From Candidatus Omnitrophota bacterium (GTDB lineage: Bacteria; Omnitrophota; Gorgyraeia; Gygaellales; JAQTUX01): a stretch of DNA of 64,000 nucleotides. Position 1 is the first letter of the stretch; every line of letters starts with the position of its first letter. The position numbers were made by a program, and so were the translations under genes. The notes under the pieces were generated by a model, which searched no databases, was not told the origin of the DNA, and saw nothing but the letters and a program-made list of their open reading frames with translations. The stretch spans positions 141,639-205,638 of the forward strand of contig JAQTUX010000001.1 in the NCBI GenBank assembly GCA_028707125.1, written 5' to 3'. Positions 21,402 through 31,211 of the stretch are shown in pieces.

Positions 21402-22665
21402 GAACGGGCGGGTGGTTGACCCGGCAAATAAGGTTGATGCCGTCCGCGATGTTTTGGCGGAGAACGGAAGGATCGCCGGGGTGGCGGAGAATATCAGGGC
21501 GAATTCCGCGAAGGTCATTGACGCCGCGGGAAAGATCGTTTTACCCGGGCTTGTGGATATGCATGTGCACTTAAGAGAGCCGGGCAGGGAAGATAAGGAG
21601 ACCGTGGCAAGCGGGACGAAGGCCGCCTTAAAAGGCGGAGTGACCAGCGTTCTGGCTATGCCGAATACGACACCAAGTATTGACTCCGCGGAAAATGTTT
21701 CATTCTTGAAAGAGATAATAAAAAGCACCGCCTCAGCCAACGTCTTTATCGCCGCGGCAATTACAAAGGGGCGAGAGGGAAAAGAACTGACTGACATCGC
21801 GGAATTAAAAAAACTCGGCATAGCAGCCATAACCGATGACGGCTCTTCCCTGGATCCCGATAAATTGATGCTCGAAGCCCTTAAGAAGGCAAAGGCAAAC
21901 GGCATGTTGGCGATCTGCCACTGCGAAGATAAAAAACTTTCCAATCACGGCTGCGTAAATTCAGGGATCATTTCCACGCGCATGGGCTTAAAAGGGATAT
22001 CGCGGGAATCGGAGTATAAACGCGTAGAGAGGGATATTGATCTGGCCGCGAAAGCGGGTTCAGCCGTTCATATCGCGCATATAAGCTGCCGCGAGTCAGT
22101 AGAGATGATCAGGCGCGCCAAAAAGAATGGCGCGAAAGTAACCTGCGATGTCACGCCTCATCACTTTTCCCTGACGGAAGAAGCGGTCCTGGGATTCGAC
22201 GCTAATTTTAAGATGAACCCGCCCCTGCGCTCTAAAGAGGATGTATCGGCAATCAGGGAGGGCTTAAGAGACGGTACCATTGACGCGATCGCCTCGGACC
22301 ACGCGCCGCATACGGAGAATGAGAAAGAGATCGAGTTTGAGCGCGCGGAGTTCGGCGTGATCGGCCTGGAGACAGAATTGGCGGCGGCTATTACTGAGCT
22401 GTTGGATCAGGGAATATTGGATTGGCCCGGCCTCGTAGAGAAGATGGCGCTTAATCCAGCGAGGATTTTGGGTATAGATAAAGGTACGTTAAGCATAGGC
22501 AGGGACGCGGATATCGTTATAGTTGACCCGGACAAGGCATGGATAGTCAGGCGCGAGGGACTGGTTTCAAAGTCCAAAAACTGCGCGTTTTTAGGCAGAG
22601 AACTGAAAGGCGCGGTAGAATATACGATCTGCTCAGGTAAGGTGGCTTATGGAATTCATAGCTGA
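21382..22665 (+). CDS. pyrC: dihydroorotase
   Basis: DMHVHLREPG metal-binding motif, ~427 aa. Confidence 0.9.
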
Positions 22666-23887
22666 TTTTCACATTCATTCAAAATATTCGCGCGCTACCA
22701 GCCGCAATATGGACGTGGCCAATATCGCGGAGTGGGCTAAACTTAAAGGCATCGCCCTGATGGGCACCGGAGATTTTACGCACCATCTTTGGTGCGAGGA
22801 ATTAAAGGCAAACCTTGAAGATGAAGGCAGTGGGCTTTATGCGCACAAAAACGGCGTGCGGTTTATTCTTAGCGCGGAGATAAGCAGCATATACTCCAAG
22901 AGAGGCAAGGGCTACCGCATACATAATGTAGTGTTGGCGCCTTCGTTTAAAAGCGTGGAACAGATCAACGCTATGCTGGCTCGTTACGGCAACCTTGCTT
23001 CGGACGGCAGGCCGATACTGGGCATGGACGCCGCGGAGGTGGCGCGCATCATATTTGACATTGACGAAAACTGTATGGTCGTGCCCGGGCATATCTGGAC
23101 CCCCTGGTTCTCGTTGTTCGGCTCAATGTCGGGCTTTGACAGGATAGAGGATTGTTTTGAGCGGCAGACGCCGAAGATATTCGCGCTTGAAACCGGGCTT
23201 TCCAGCGACCCCGCGATGAACTGGCGGCTCTCCGCCCTGGACAAATATGCCTTGATCTCCAATTCGGATTCACATTCTCCGCAGAAGATCGGCAGAGAAG
23301 CCAATATCTTTGACTGTGAATTAGATTATAAGGCCATAAGAGATACGTTGAGGACAAAGGATAAAAACAGGTTTCTATCCACAATAGAATTTTTCCCCGA
23401 AGAAGGCAAATACCATTTTGACGGGCATAGAAACTGCGGCATAAGATTTTCTCCCGAAGAAACCAAGGAGCATAGAGGCAAGTGCCCCAAGTGCGGCAAG
23501 TACCTTACGGTAGGGGTGATGAATCGCGTTGACCAGCTGGCAGACAGGCCCGCGGGCGCGCGCCCTGATAACGCCATACCCTTCAAAAATCTCATACCCC
23601 TTGATGAAATAATCGCTGAAGTGAAGGGGTTGGGCAAGAGCGCTTTAGCCGTTGAAAGGGAATACCGCAGCGCTATCGCGAAATTCGGCAGCGAGTTTGA
23701 GATAACCCTGCGCGCCGGCGAAGACAGCCTGGTGAATAACCTGGAAAGGCGCCTGGCAGACGCTGTCTTAAGGGTAAGGCGGGGAGAGGTTGATATCAAA
23801 CCGGGCTTTGACGGCGAATACGGCATAATATCCATCTTCGGCGACGATAAGCCGCGAAAGCCGGAAGAGCAGTTAAGTTTATTTTAG
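22649..23887 (+). CDS. PHP-domain plus zinc-ribbon protein of the endonuclease Q (EndoQ / TIGR00375-like) family
   Basis: N-terminal PHP motif ADFHIHSKYS, downstream H/D metal ligands, C-terminal Cys ribbon (HRNCG ... CPKCGKY); size ~412 aa as in archaeal EndoQ. Confidence 0.55.
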   Translation: MEFIADFHIHSKYSRATSRNMDVANIAEWAKLKGIALMGTGDFTHHLWCEELKANLEDEGSGLYAHKNGVRFILSAEISSIYSKRGKGYRIHNVVLAPSFKSVEQINAMLARYGNLASDGRPILGMDAAEVARIIFDIDENCMVVPGHIWTPWFSLFGSMSGFDRIEDCFERQTPKIFALETGLSSDPAMNWRLSALDKYALISNSDSHSPQKIGREANIFDCELDYKAIRDTLRTKDKNRFLSTIEFFPEEGKYHFDGHRNCGIRFSPEETKEHRGKCPKCGKYLTVGVMNRVDQLADRPAGARPDNAIPFKNLIPLDEIIAEVKGLGKSALAVEREYRSAIAKFGSEFEITLRAGEDSLVNNLERRLADAVLRVRRGEVDIKPGFDGEYGIISIFGDDKPRKPEEQLSLF

Positions 23888-23905
23888 GCGCGCGGAGAGC
23901 GCATT

Positions 23906-24181
23906 ATGTTATTTCCTACTTATAATGTCGGGTTCAGGAGAGGCGAGGAATGGACGATCGTTACCGGCCAGATAAGGAACGAATCCAGCAGAAACTTCGC
24001 CCTGGCAGTATTCAAGATCGTCTTATTTAATAAAACTTACCCCATCGGTTCAGGGATCATAAAAATACGCAATTTTAGAAGTAAGACCACCAAGAGCTTT
24101 GAGCAGATGATAATCGGGGTGGGTTTTAATTTAATCCCCTCCATTGAAAAATACGATATAGTTTTAGAAGGCGGGTCTTAA
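23906..24181 (+). CDS. hypothetical small protein (91 aa)
   Basis: ORF only; no motif; immediately precedes tRNA-Arg. Confidence 0.3.
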   Translation: MLFPTYNVGFRRGEEWTIVTGQIRNESSRNFALAVFKIVLFNKTYPIGSGIIKIRNFRSKTTKSFEQMIIGVGFNLIPSIEKYDIVLEGGS

Positions 24182-24182
24182 T

Positions 24183-24254
24183 GCCCCTGTTGCGCAATGG
24201 ATAGCGCACCAGCCTCCGGAGCTGGTTGTACAGGTTCGACTCCTGTCAGGGGCA
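24183..24254 (+). tRNA. tRNA-Arg (anticodon CCG)
   Basis: Cloverleaf read by hand: acceptor gcccctg/caggggc, D-stem gcgc/gcgc, anticodon stem ccagc/gctgg with loop cuCCGga, T-arm acagg-ttcgact-cctgt, discriminator A; CCA not encoded. Confidence 0.8.
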
Positions 24255-24389
24255 CTGAATATCGCAGGAGGCGAACCTAAGGGGGTGCGGGGGAAAAGTT
24301 CCCCCGCGCTTTCGGGGTAACAGCGACCCCGACGATACGTCGGGGGAGCGCCATAGGGGCAGAGCCCCTTTGGGGAGGAGCGAAGCGAC

Positions 24390-24410
24390 GACGGTCGACT
24401 CCTGTCAGGG
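24390..24410 (+). repeat. 21-nt direct repeat of the tRNA-Arg 3' end (ggtcgactcctgtcaggggca), att-site-like
   Basis: Near-identical to tRNA positions 52-72 (one base missing), 135 nt downstream of the tRNA. Confidence 0.6.
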
Positions 24411-24448
24411 GCATTTCAATACAGAACTAAGATTGGAGAAAGGGTGAT

Positions 24449-24901
24449 ATGGCCAAAGTGGTGGTGGGGGTTATAGGGTCGCATAAAAATGAGGCTAAAG
24501 TGGAGCAATTAGCCCATAATTTAGGCAAAAAACTGGCTGAAGTGGTAGATAATATCGTTTGCGGCGGGCTTTCAGGGGTCATGGAGGCAGTTTGCAAGGG
24601 TTTTAAAGAAGGCGGCGGACAGACAATAGGTATAATCCCCTGTGAGGACAAGGCAGGGGCGAATAAATACTGCGATATAATCATTCCTACGGGAATGGGC
24701 CTTGTGCGCAACGTGCTTGTGGTTAAGGCAGCGGATATTCTCATCGCCTTGCCGGGTGAATACGGCACCCTCTCAGAGATCGCCTATGGCCTTCAGTATA
24801 AGAAACCGGTTATAGGCATAGATACGTGGGACATACCGGGCGTTATCAAGGTTGACAGCGTTGAGCAAGCAGTAGCAAAGGTCAGAGAGTTGACGAAATG
24901 A
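24449..24901 (+). CDS. TIGR00725/LOG-like Rossmann-fold protein
   Basis: GxGxxG-like VVGVIGS, later PGEYGTLSEIAYGL resembling LOG/SLOG PGGxGTxxE; 150 aa. Confidence 0.55.
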   Translation: MAKVVVGVIGSHKNEAKVEQLAHNLGKKLAEVVDNIVCGGLSGVMEAVCKGFKEGGGQTIGIIPCEDKAGANKYCDIIIPTGMGLVRNVLVVKAADILIALPGEYGTLSEIAYGLQYKKPVIGIDTWDIPGVIKVDSVEQAVAKVRELTK

Positions 24902-26010
24902 ATAAGGCCGTATTGGCGTTAGAAGATGGTTTTTTCCTGGAAGGGCAGGCCCTGGGAGCCGCGGGAGAGGCAGGGGGAGAGGTGGTGTTCAATACTTCAA
25001 TGAGCGGCTATCAGGAGATACTGACCGATCCTTCATATGCCGGGCAGATAGTCACGATGACCTATCCTTTGATAGGCAACTACGGGGTCAATGATGAAGA
25101 CGTGGAGTCATGCAGGATATGGGCTCAGGGGTTTGTGGTGAAGGAGGCGAGCGCGCTGTATTCAAACTGGCGCGCCAAGACGGGGCTGGATGAGTATTTG
25201 AAGAAGCACAATATCGTCGGCATACAGGCGGTTGATACGCGCTGTCTCACCCGCCATATACGGCTGCAGGGAGCGATGAGGGGGGTGATCTCAACGCTGG
25301 AGCCGGACAAAAAGCGCCTCATAAATAAGGCCCGGGCCGTGCCCTCGTTAGTCGGGCTTGACCTGGTGAAAGATGTGACCTGCGGAAAAGATTATGATTG
25401 GGATATCCCTTACGGCAGTAAGGCCAGGGCGCTCAAAGTGGTGGCAATGGACTACGGCATAAAGCGTAATATCTTGAGGATATTGTCCGGGCTCGGTTGT
25501 TCTATAAAGGTTGTCAGCGCCCGCGCGAAGGCCGAAGAGATACTTGGGCTTAAGCCGGACGGGCTTTTTCTTTCTAACGGCCCCGCAGACCCTGCCGCGG
25601 TCTTGTATACGGTGAGAGAAATAAGGAAACTATTCGGCAAACTTCCTATTTTCGGGATCTGCCTGGGGCATCAGCTTTTAGCCCTTGCCCTGGGCGCGCG
25701 TACATACAAACTGAAGTTCGGCCATCACGGCGCCAACCATCCGGTGATGAACCTTGAGACAAGAAAGGTAGAGATAACCGCGCAGAACCACGGTTTTTGC
25801 GTGGATATGGACTCTATGCCGGACAGGTCGGTAAAGCCGACGCACATTAATTTATATGACAAGACATCCGAGGGCCTGCGCCATACAAAGATGCCCCTGT
25901 TTTCAGTGCAGTATCATCCCGAGGCATCGCCCGGGCCGCATGATTCCAGCTATCTGTTCAATGAGTTCATTGATCTAATGAAAAAATATGCCAAAAAGAA
26001 AAGATATTAA
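24898..26010 (+). CDS. carA: carbamoyl-phosphate synthase small (glutamine amidotransferase) subunit
   Basis: [14 protein letters not shown] catalytic Cys motif, HGANHPV. Confidence 0.9.
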   Translation: MNKAVLALEDGFFLEGQALGAAGEAGGEVVFNTSMSGYQEILTDPSYAGQIVTMTYPLIGNYGVNDEDVESCRIWAQGFVVKEASALYSNWRAKTGLDEYLKKHNIVGIQAVDTRCLTRHIRLQGAMRGVISTLEPDKKRLINKARAVPSLVGLDLVKDVTCGKDYDWDIPYGSKARALKVVAMDYGIKRNILRILSGLGCSIKVVSARAKAEEILGLKPDGLFLSNGPADPAAVLYTVREIRKLFGKLPIFGICLGHQLLALALGARTYKLKFGHHGANHPVMNLETRKVEITAQNHGFCVDMDSMPDRSVKPTHINLYDKTSEGLRHTKMPLFSVQYHPEASPGPHDSSYLFNEFIDLMKKYAKKKRY

Positions 26011-29000
26011 GAAGATCCTCATAATCGGCTCAGGCCCTATCATAATCGGCCAGGCCTGCGAGTTTGATTATTCCGGCACCCAGGCCTGCAAGGCGCTGAA
26101 GGAGGAGGGTTACAAGGTAGTCCTGGTCAATTCCAATCCGGCGACCATTATGACCGATCCGCAGTTTGCCGACGCCACCTACATAGAACCCATAACTGTT
26201 GAGATGGTGGAAAAGATAATCGCCAAAGAAAGGCCGGACGCGCTGCTGCCCACGATCGGAGGCCAGACCGCGCTGAATGTGTCTGTGCAGCTTGCCAAGC
26301 AGGGCATTCTGGATAAATACAAAGTCAGGATGATCGGCGCCAGCAGAAAGGCGATAGAAAAGGCGGAGGACAGGGAGCTGTTCAAGAAGACGATGGCCAA
26401 GATCGGCCTGGACCTGCCCAGGTCAGACAGGGCTTACAATATTAAAGACGCCTTGAAGGTAGCTAAGAGAATAGGCCTGCCCGTTGTGATACGTCCCAGT
26501 TTTACGCTCGCGGGCACAGGCGGCGGCGTGGCTTACAACAACGACGAATTTGTGGAGATCGCCCGGAGAGGGCTTGATTACAGCATGATCTCCGAGATCC
26601 TCATTGAAGAGTCGGTGGTAGGATGGAAAGAGTACGAACTTGAGGTGATGCGCGACGCCAAGGACAACGTAGTGATCGTCTGCTCCATAGAAAATTTTGA
26701 CCCCATGGGGATCCATACCGGGGATTCCATAACCGTGGCGCCTGCCCAGACCCTGACCGATAAAGAATATCAACTGATGCGCGACGCCTCAATACGCGCC
26801 ATACGCCAGATAGGAGTGGATACCGGCGGCTGCAACATCCAGTTTGCCGTCTGCCCAAAAACCGGCAGGATGGTCATCATAGAGATCAATCCCAGGGTCT
26901 CGCGTTCATCCGCGCTCGCCTCAAAGGCGACGGGATTTCCCATAGCCAAGATCGCCGCGAAGCTTGCCGTGGGATACACGCTGGATGAAATACCTAACGA
27001 CATAACACAAGAGACCCCCGCTTCCTTTGAGCCCGCTATTGATTACTGCGTGGTGAAGGTGCCGCGCTTTACCTTTGAGAAGTTCCCCCGGGCAAAACAG
27101 GCGCTTACTACTTCAATGAAGTCGGTGGGCGAGGCAATGGCAATAGGCAGGACATTCAAAGAGGCGCTGCAGAAGGGGCTGCGCTCTCTGGAAACAGGAA
27201 GGTCCGGGCTTGTGCCTTTGATAAACAAGGGCGACTTCAAGAACGGTAATCATCTGAAGGAGTTTCTCAGGGAAAAACTGCGCGTGCCTTCCGCCGAGCG
27301 CGTATTCTATATCGCGGACGCGATGCGGCTGGGCATGGGCATAGAGGAGATAAACTGCCTGACCTTTATAGACCCCTGGTTCTTAAAGAATATTCAGGAG
27401 ATCGTGGCGACTGAAGGAGATATAAGGGCCAATGCCGGCGCCGGCAGTATAGACGCGCCTTGCCTGAAGCAAGCCAAGCAGCTGGGTTTCAGCGACAGGC
27501 AGCTGGCCATGCTCTCCGGCTCAACGGAGGATAAGATAAGGAGCGCCAGAAAGGCCGCGGGCATAGGCGCGGTTTACAAGCTTGTTGATACCTGCGCCGC
27601 GGAATTTGAGGCCTACACGCCCTACTTCTATTCGTCTTATGAATCCGAGGACGAATCACGGCCCAACAAGAAAAAAAAGATAGTGATACTCGGCGGCGGA
27701 CCTAACCGCATAGGCCAGGGCATAGAGTTTGACTATTGCTGCGTGCACGCCTCTTTCGCCCTGAAAGAGATGGGTTTTGAGACGATAATGGTAAATTGCA
27801 ATCCCGAGACGGTCTCAACGGATTACGATACCTCCGATAAATTGTATTTTGAACCCATGACAAAGGAGGACGTGCTCAATATTATCGACAGGGAAAGGCC
27901 CGGCGGTGTGATAGTGCAGTTCGGCGGGCAGACCCCGCTTAACCTGACAATCCCCCTGATGAAGGCGGGGGTCAACATTATCGGCACCTCCCCCGAGTCC
28001 ATTGATATTGCCGAGGACAGAGAAAAATTCAAAAACCTGCTGCATAAGCTGAAACTAAGACAGCCGCAGAACGGCACCGCCTTTACCTTTGAAGAGGCGC
28101 AGGCAGTTGCCAGGAAGATCGGCTACCCTGTTTTAGTCAGGCCTTCGTATGTTTTAGGCGGCAGGGCAATGGAGATAGTGTATGAGGAGCGGCTGCTTAA
28201 GAACTATATAAAAGAGGCGAGCTTAGTATCGTCGGAGCACCCTATACTGATCGATAAATTTTTAGAAGAGGCGATAGAGGTTGACGTGGATATGGTGGCC
28301 GACGGTGAAACCTTTGTCGTTGGAGGCGTGCTTGAACATATAGAGGAGGCGGGCGTGCATTCAGGGGACGCGGCAATGGTCCTGCCCCCGCATTCTCTGC
28401 CGCGGAAGACGATCAACGAGATAAAGCAGGCCACTTACGCGATGGCGCGGGAACTTAATGTCGTGGGGCTGATGAACGTGCAGTACGCGGTCAAAGACGG
28501 GGTCGTTTATGTTCTGGAGGTAAACCCGCGCGCCTCAAGGACCGTGCCTTTTGTCTCAAAAGCCATAGGCGTGCCTCTGGCAAAACTTGCGGCAAAGGTA
28601 ATGGCAGGGGCAAAACTGAAGGAGCTGGGGTTCACAAAAGAAAAGATCCCGGATTATTATTCTGTAAAAGAGTCGGTATTCCCCTTCAATAGATTCCCCG
28701 GGGTTGACGTCATGCTGGGGCCCGAGATGAGGTCAACCGGCGAGGTCATGGGCATAGACAAGGACCTCGGGCGCGCCTATGTCAAGTCGCAGATCGCCGC
28801 GGGCCAGCATCTTCCGGTTAAGGGGAACGTGTTTATCTCGGTAAAAGACAGGGATAAACAGGCGATAATACCGATAGCAAAGAAGCTTGTTAAGGCCGGA
28901 TTTAAGGTCATCGCCTCTTCAGGCACGGCAAAGGCGCTGAAGGAGGCCGGCATAGAGGCGGAGGGCATACAGAAGATTTCCGAGGGCAGGCCCAACGTTC

Positions 29001-29233
29001 TGGACCTGCTGAAAGACAAAAAGATAAACCTTGTGATCAACACGCCGTCCGGCAGGATACCGCGCAATGACGAGGTCAAGATTCGTTCCGAGGTGATCAT
29101 GCAGGGCATTCCCTACATAACTACGATCCCCGCGGCAGGCGCTTCAGTGAACGGCATAGAGGCAATAAAAAAGAAGTCGCTTGAAGTCAAGTCGCTGCAG
29201 CAGTATCATAAGAAAGTAAAAATTAAAAAGTAA
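25988..29233 (+). CDS. carB: carbamoyl-phosphate synthase large subunit
   Basis: 1081 aa, duplicated ATP-grasp halves, MGS-like C-terminus. Confidence 0.95.
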   Translation: MPKRKDIKKILIIGSGPIIIGQACEFDYSGTQACKALKEEGYKVVLVNSNPATIMTDPQFADATYIEPITVEMVEKIIAKERPDALLPTIGGQTALNVSVQLAKQGILDKYKVRMIGASRKAIEKAEDRELFKKTMAKIGLDLPRSDRAYNIKDALKVAKRIGLPVVIRPSFTLAGTGGGVAYNNDEFVEIARRGLDYSMISEILIEESVVGWKEYELEVMRDAKDNVVIVCSIENFDPMGIHTGDSITVAPAQTLTDKEYQLMRDASIRAIRQIGVDTGGCNIQFAVCPKTGRMVIIEINPRVSRSSALASKATGFPIAKIAAKLAVGYTLDEIPNDITQETPASFEPAIDYCVVKVPRFTFEKFPRAKQALTTSMKSVGEAMAIGRTFKEALQKGLRSLETGRSGLVPLINKGDFKNGNHLKEFLREKLRVPSAERVFYIADAMRLGMGIEEINCLTFIDPWFLKNIQEIVATEGDIRANAGAGSIDAPCLKQAKQLGFSDRQLAMLSGSTEDKIRSARKAAGIGAVYKLVDTCAAEFEAYTPYFYSSYESEDESRPNKKKKIVILGGGPNRIGQGIEFDYCCVHASFALKEMGFETIMVNCNPETVSTDYDTSDKLYFEPMTKEDVLNIIDRERPGGVIVQFGGQTPLNLTIPLMKAGVNIIGTSPESIDIAEDREKFKNLLHKLKLRQPQNGTAFTFEEAQAVARKIGYPVLVRPSYVLGGRAMEIVYEERLLKNYIKEASLVSSEHPILIDKFLEEAIEVDVDMVADGETFVVGGVLEHIEEAGVHSGDAAMVLPPHSLPRKTINEIKQATYAMARELNVVGLMNVQYAVKDGVVYVLEVNPRASRTVPFVSKAIGVPLAKLAAKVMAGAKLKELGFTKEKIPDYYSVKESVFPFNRFPGVDVMLGPEMRSTGEVMGIDKDLGRAYVKSQIAAGQHLPVKGNVFISVKDRDKQAIIPIAKKLVKAGFKVIASSGTAKALKEAGIEAEGIQKISEGRPNVLDLLKDKKINLVINTPSGRIPRNDEVKIRSEVIMQGIPYITTIPAAGASVNGIEAIKKKSLEVKSLQQYHKKVKIKK

Positions 29234-29250
29234 AAACTCGGAGCGGGTTT

Positions 29251-30051
29251 ATGCCGGAATTACCAGAGGTTGAAACGATAAGGCGGCAGTTAGACAGGGC
29301 CGTTAAGGGCAAAAAGATAAAAGGCGTCCGCGTGCGTAACGCGAAGGTCATAAAGCAGCCGTCCGCGGAAAAGTTCATACAGGCCTTGAAGGCGGTAACC
29401 ATAAAAAACATCATCAGGAAGTCAAAGGCGCTGATCTTTGAGCTGTCTTCCGGCAAGTCCCTGGTCGTGCATTTAAGGATGACCGGGCAGCTGGTGTATC
29501 CCGGAGGCGGCAAGGCAAGCAGGGTGATATTCCTGTTTTCAGACGGGACATCGCTTGATTTTAACGACAGGCGCATTTTAGGGGAATTGCGTATCATTGA
29601 CGACTGGAAACAACTTGCCTATATAAAGGAGCTTGGGCCTGAGCCGTTTGACATAGGGCCGGCGGAATTCAAGGCGATGCTGGCGAAGAAGCCCACAAAG
29701 ATAAAGCCCCTGCTTATGGACCAGAAGTTCCTTGCCGGGGTAGGCAACCTTTACGCCGCTGAAGCGCTTTTCAGGGCGGGCATAAGCCCTTTAAGGCCTG
29801 CCTCGTCGCTGTCGGATAAAGAAAAGGGGTCATTATTCAAGGAGATCAAAGATACGTTAAATGAAGCCATACATTGCGGCGGCTCGTCTGTTGACCAGTA
29901 TGTTCAGCTTACTGGCGGAAGGGGCAGTTATGCCGCGCACCATAAGGTTTACGGCAGGGAAGGTAAGCCCTGTCTTAAGTGCAAGACGCATATAAAGCGC
30001 ATAGCATTGGCTGGAAGGGGCACATATTTTTGCCCGAAGTGTCAGAAATGA
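29251..30051 (+). CDS. mutM: formamidopyrimidine-DNA glycosylase (Fpg/MutM)
   Basis: N-terminal MPELPEVE, C-terminal zinc finger CLKC ... CPKC. Confidence 0.9.
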   Translation: MPELPEVETIRRQLDRAVKGKKIKGVRVRNAKVIKQPSAEKFIQALKAVTIKNIIRKSKALIFELSSGKSLVVHLRMTGQLVYPGGGKASRVIFLFSDGTSLDFNDRRILGELRIIDDWKQLAYIKELGPEPFDIGPAEFKAMLAKKPTKIKPLLMDQKFLAGVGNLYAAEALFRAGISPLRPASSLSDKEKGSLFKEIKDTLNEAIHCGGSSVDQYVQLTGGRGSYAAHHKVYGREGKPCLKCKTHIKRIALAGRGTYFCPKCQK

Positions 30052-30836
30052 AAAGTCATTATCAGGAACAGGCAGAGATAATCAGGCATTTTAATATCGC
30101 GCCTTCGCGCTGTAAATTGATCCTGCGCGCGCCCACGATCGCAAAGCGCGCTAAGCCGGGTCAGTTTGTCCACGTGAGGACCTCTCAATCAGCGCAGGTC
30201 CTTTTGCGCAGGCCTTTCAGCGTGCACAGGGCGCGTCCTCAGGCCGGCAGCATTGAGATCGCCTATGAAATAGCAGGCAGGGGCACAGAGTTATTGTCTG
30301 AAAAGAGGCCGGGCGTAAAATTGGACATCATCGGGCCGTTAGGAAACGGATTTGACACAAGCTCCGTTTCGGAGGCGGCGATACTGGTTGCCGGCGGCAT
30401 GGGGGTCGCGCCGCTAATTTTTCTTGCGGAAAAATTAACGGAAGGAAAAAGGAAAAAGGAAAAAGGAAAAATCGTAGTTTTGATAGGCGCCAAAAGCAAG
30501 AGCCACTTGATTTGCGTGAACGATTTTAAAAAACTGGGCTGTGAAGTAAGGGTGGCTACTGACGACGGCAGCGCGGGGTTCAAAGGCAAAGTAACGGATT
30601 TATTACGACATTATATTTTACGGGAATCCGCGTCCATCTATGCCTGCGGCCCATTACCGATGTTGAAAATAATCGGCGATATTTCCAGAAAACACAATAT
30701 TCCAGCCCAGGTTTCTATGGAGCAGTTTATGGGCTGCGGCCTGGGCGCGTGTATGGGGTGCGTGATCGAAACAAGATACGGATATAAACGCGTCTGCCAT
30801 GACGGCCCTGTGTTTGACGCGAGAGATATAATGTAG
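30048..30836 (+). CDS. pyrK: dihydroorotate dehydrogenase (class 1B) electron-transfer subunit
   Basis: FAD/NAD-binding fold, C-terminal 2Fe-2S Cys cluster (GCGLGACMGCV); ATGA overlap with mutM stop. Confidence 0.85.
   Translation: MKSHYQEQAEIIRHFNIAPSRCKLILRAPTIAKRAKPGQFVHVRTSQSAQVLLRRPFSVHRARPQAGSIEIAYEIAGRGTELLSEKRPGVKLDIIGPLGNGFDTSSVSEAAILVAGGMGVAPLIFLAEKLTEGKRKKEKGKIVVLIGAKSKSHLICVNDFKKLGCEVRVATDDGSAGFKGKVTDLLRHYILRESASIYACGPLPMLKIIGDISRKHNIPAQVSMEQFMGCGLGACMGCVIETRYGYKRVCHDGPVFDARDIM
30444..30471 (+). repeat. tandem 7-nt repeat (GGAAAAA)x4 inside pyrK coding sequence
   Basis: ggaaaaaggaaaaaggaaaaaggaaaaa read directly; encodes EGKRKKEKGK insertion-like segment. Confidence 0.8.
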
Positions 30837-30850
30837 GAACAGGAGGGGTA

Positions 30851-31210
30851 ATGGAACAACTGTCATATATATTATTAGGTTTAGTCGCCGGCATAGCCAG
30901 TGGTATCTTTGGCATAGGCGGAGGGACTATCCTGATCCCGGCTATGGTGTTTATTCTCGGCCTGACCCAGCATCAGGCGCAGGGAACTACTCTGGCGTTG
31001 ATGGTGCCGCCCATAGGGCTTTTGGCTGCCTGGCGTTATTATCAGAGCGGCAACGTTAAGCTGGCCATGGCCGCCTTTATCTGTGTGGGGTTCTTTGCCG
31101 GCGGCTGGTTAGGCGCGCATATGGCGCAGAATATTTCCGAACCGATGTTAAAGCGGCTTTTCGGTTTATTTCTTTTATTCCTTTCCCTGAGGATGATTTT
31201 TACAAAATAA
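30851..31210 (+). CDS. half-sized (4-TM) TSUP/TauE-SafE family membrane protein
   Basis: 119 aa, GIGGG motif (SGIFGIGGGTILIPAMVF) characteristic of TSUP repeat unit; no second repeat downstream (pyrD starts at 31212). Confidence 0.55.
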   Translation: MEQLSYILLGLVAGIASGIFGIGGGTILIPAMVFILGLTQHQAQGTTLALMVPPIGLLAAWRYYQSGNVKLAMAAFICVGFFAGGWLGAHMAQNISEPMLKRLFGLFLLFLSLRMIFTK

Positions 31211-31211
31211 T

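Noticed and set aside
24255-24410. Possibility that the structured element after tRNA-Arg is a tmRNA, SRP RNA or a second (intron-containing) tRNA
   Set aside because: Too short for tmRNA (~350 nt) or RNase P. No SRP domain-IV GGAA/AGCAGC motif. The best tRNA-like fold from the internal gcccctt to the 3' copy is only ~50 nt with a broken T-stem. Retained as att-scar/structured element instead.
27664-27672. A8 homopolymer inside carB
   Set aside because: Encodes KKKK linker between CarB halves; single short homopolymer, no evidence of phase variation.
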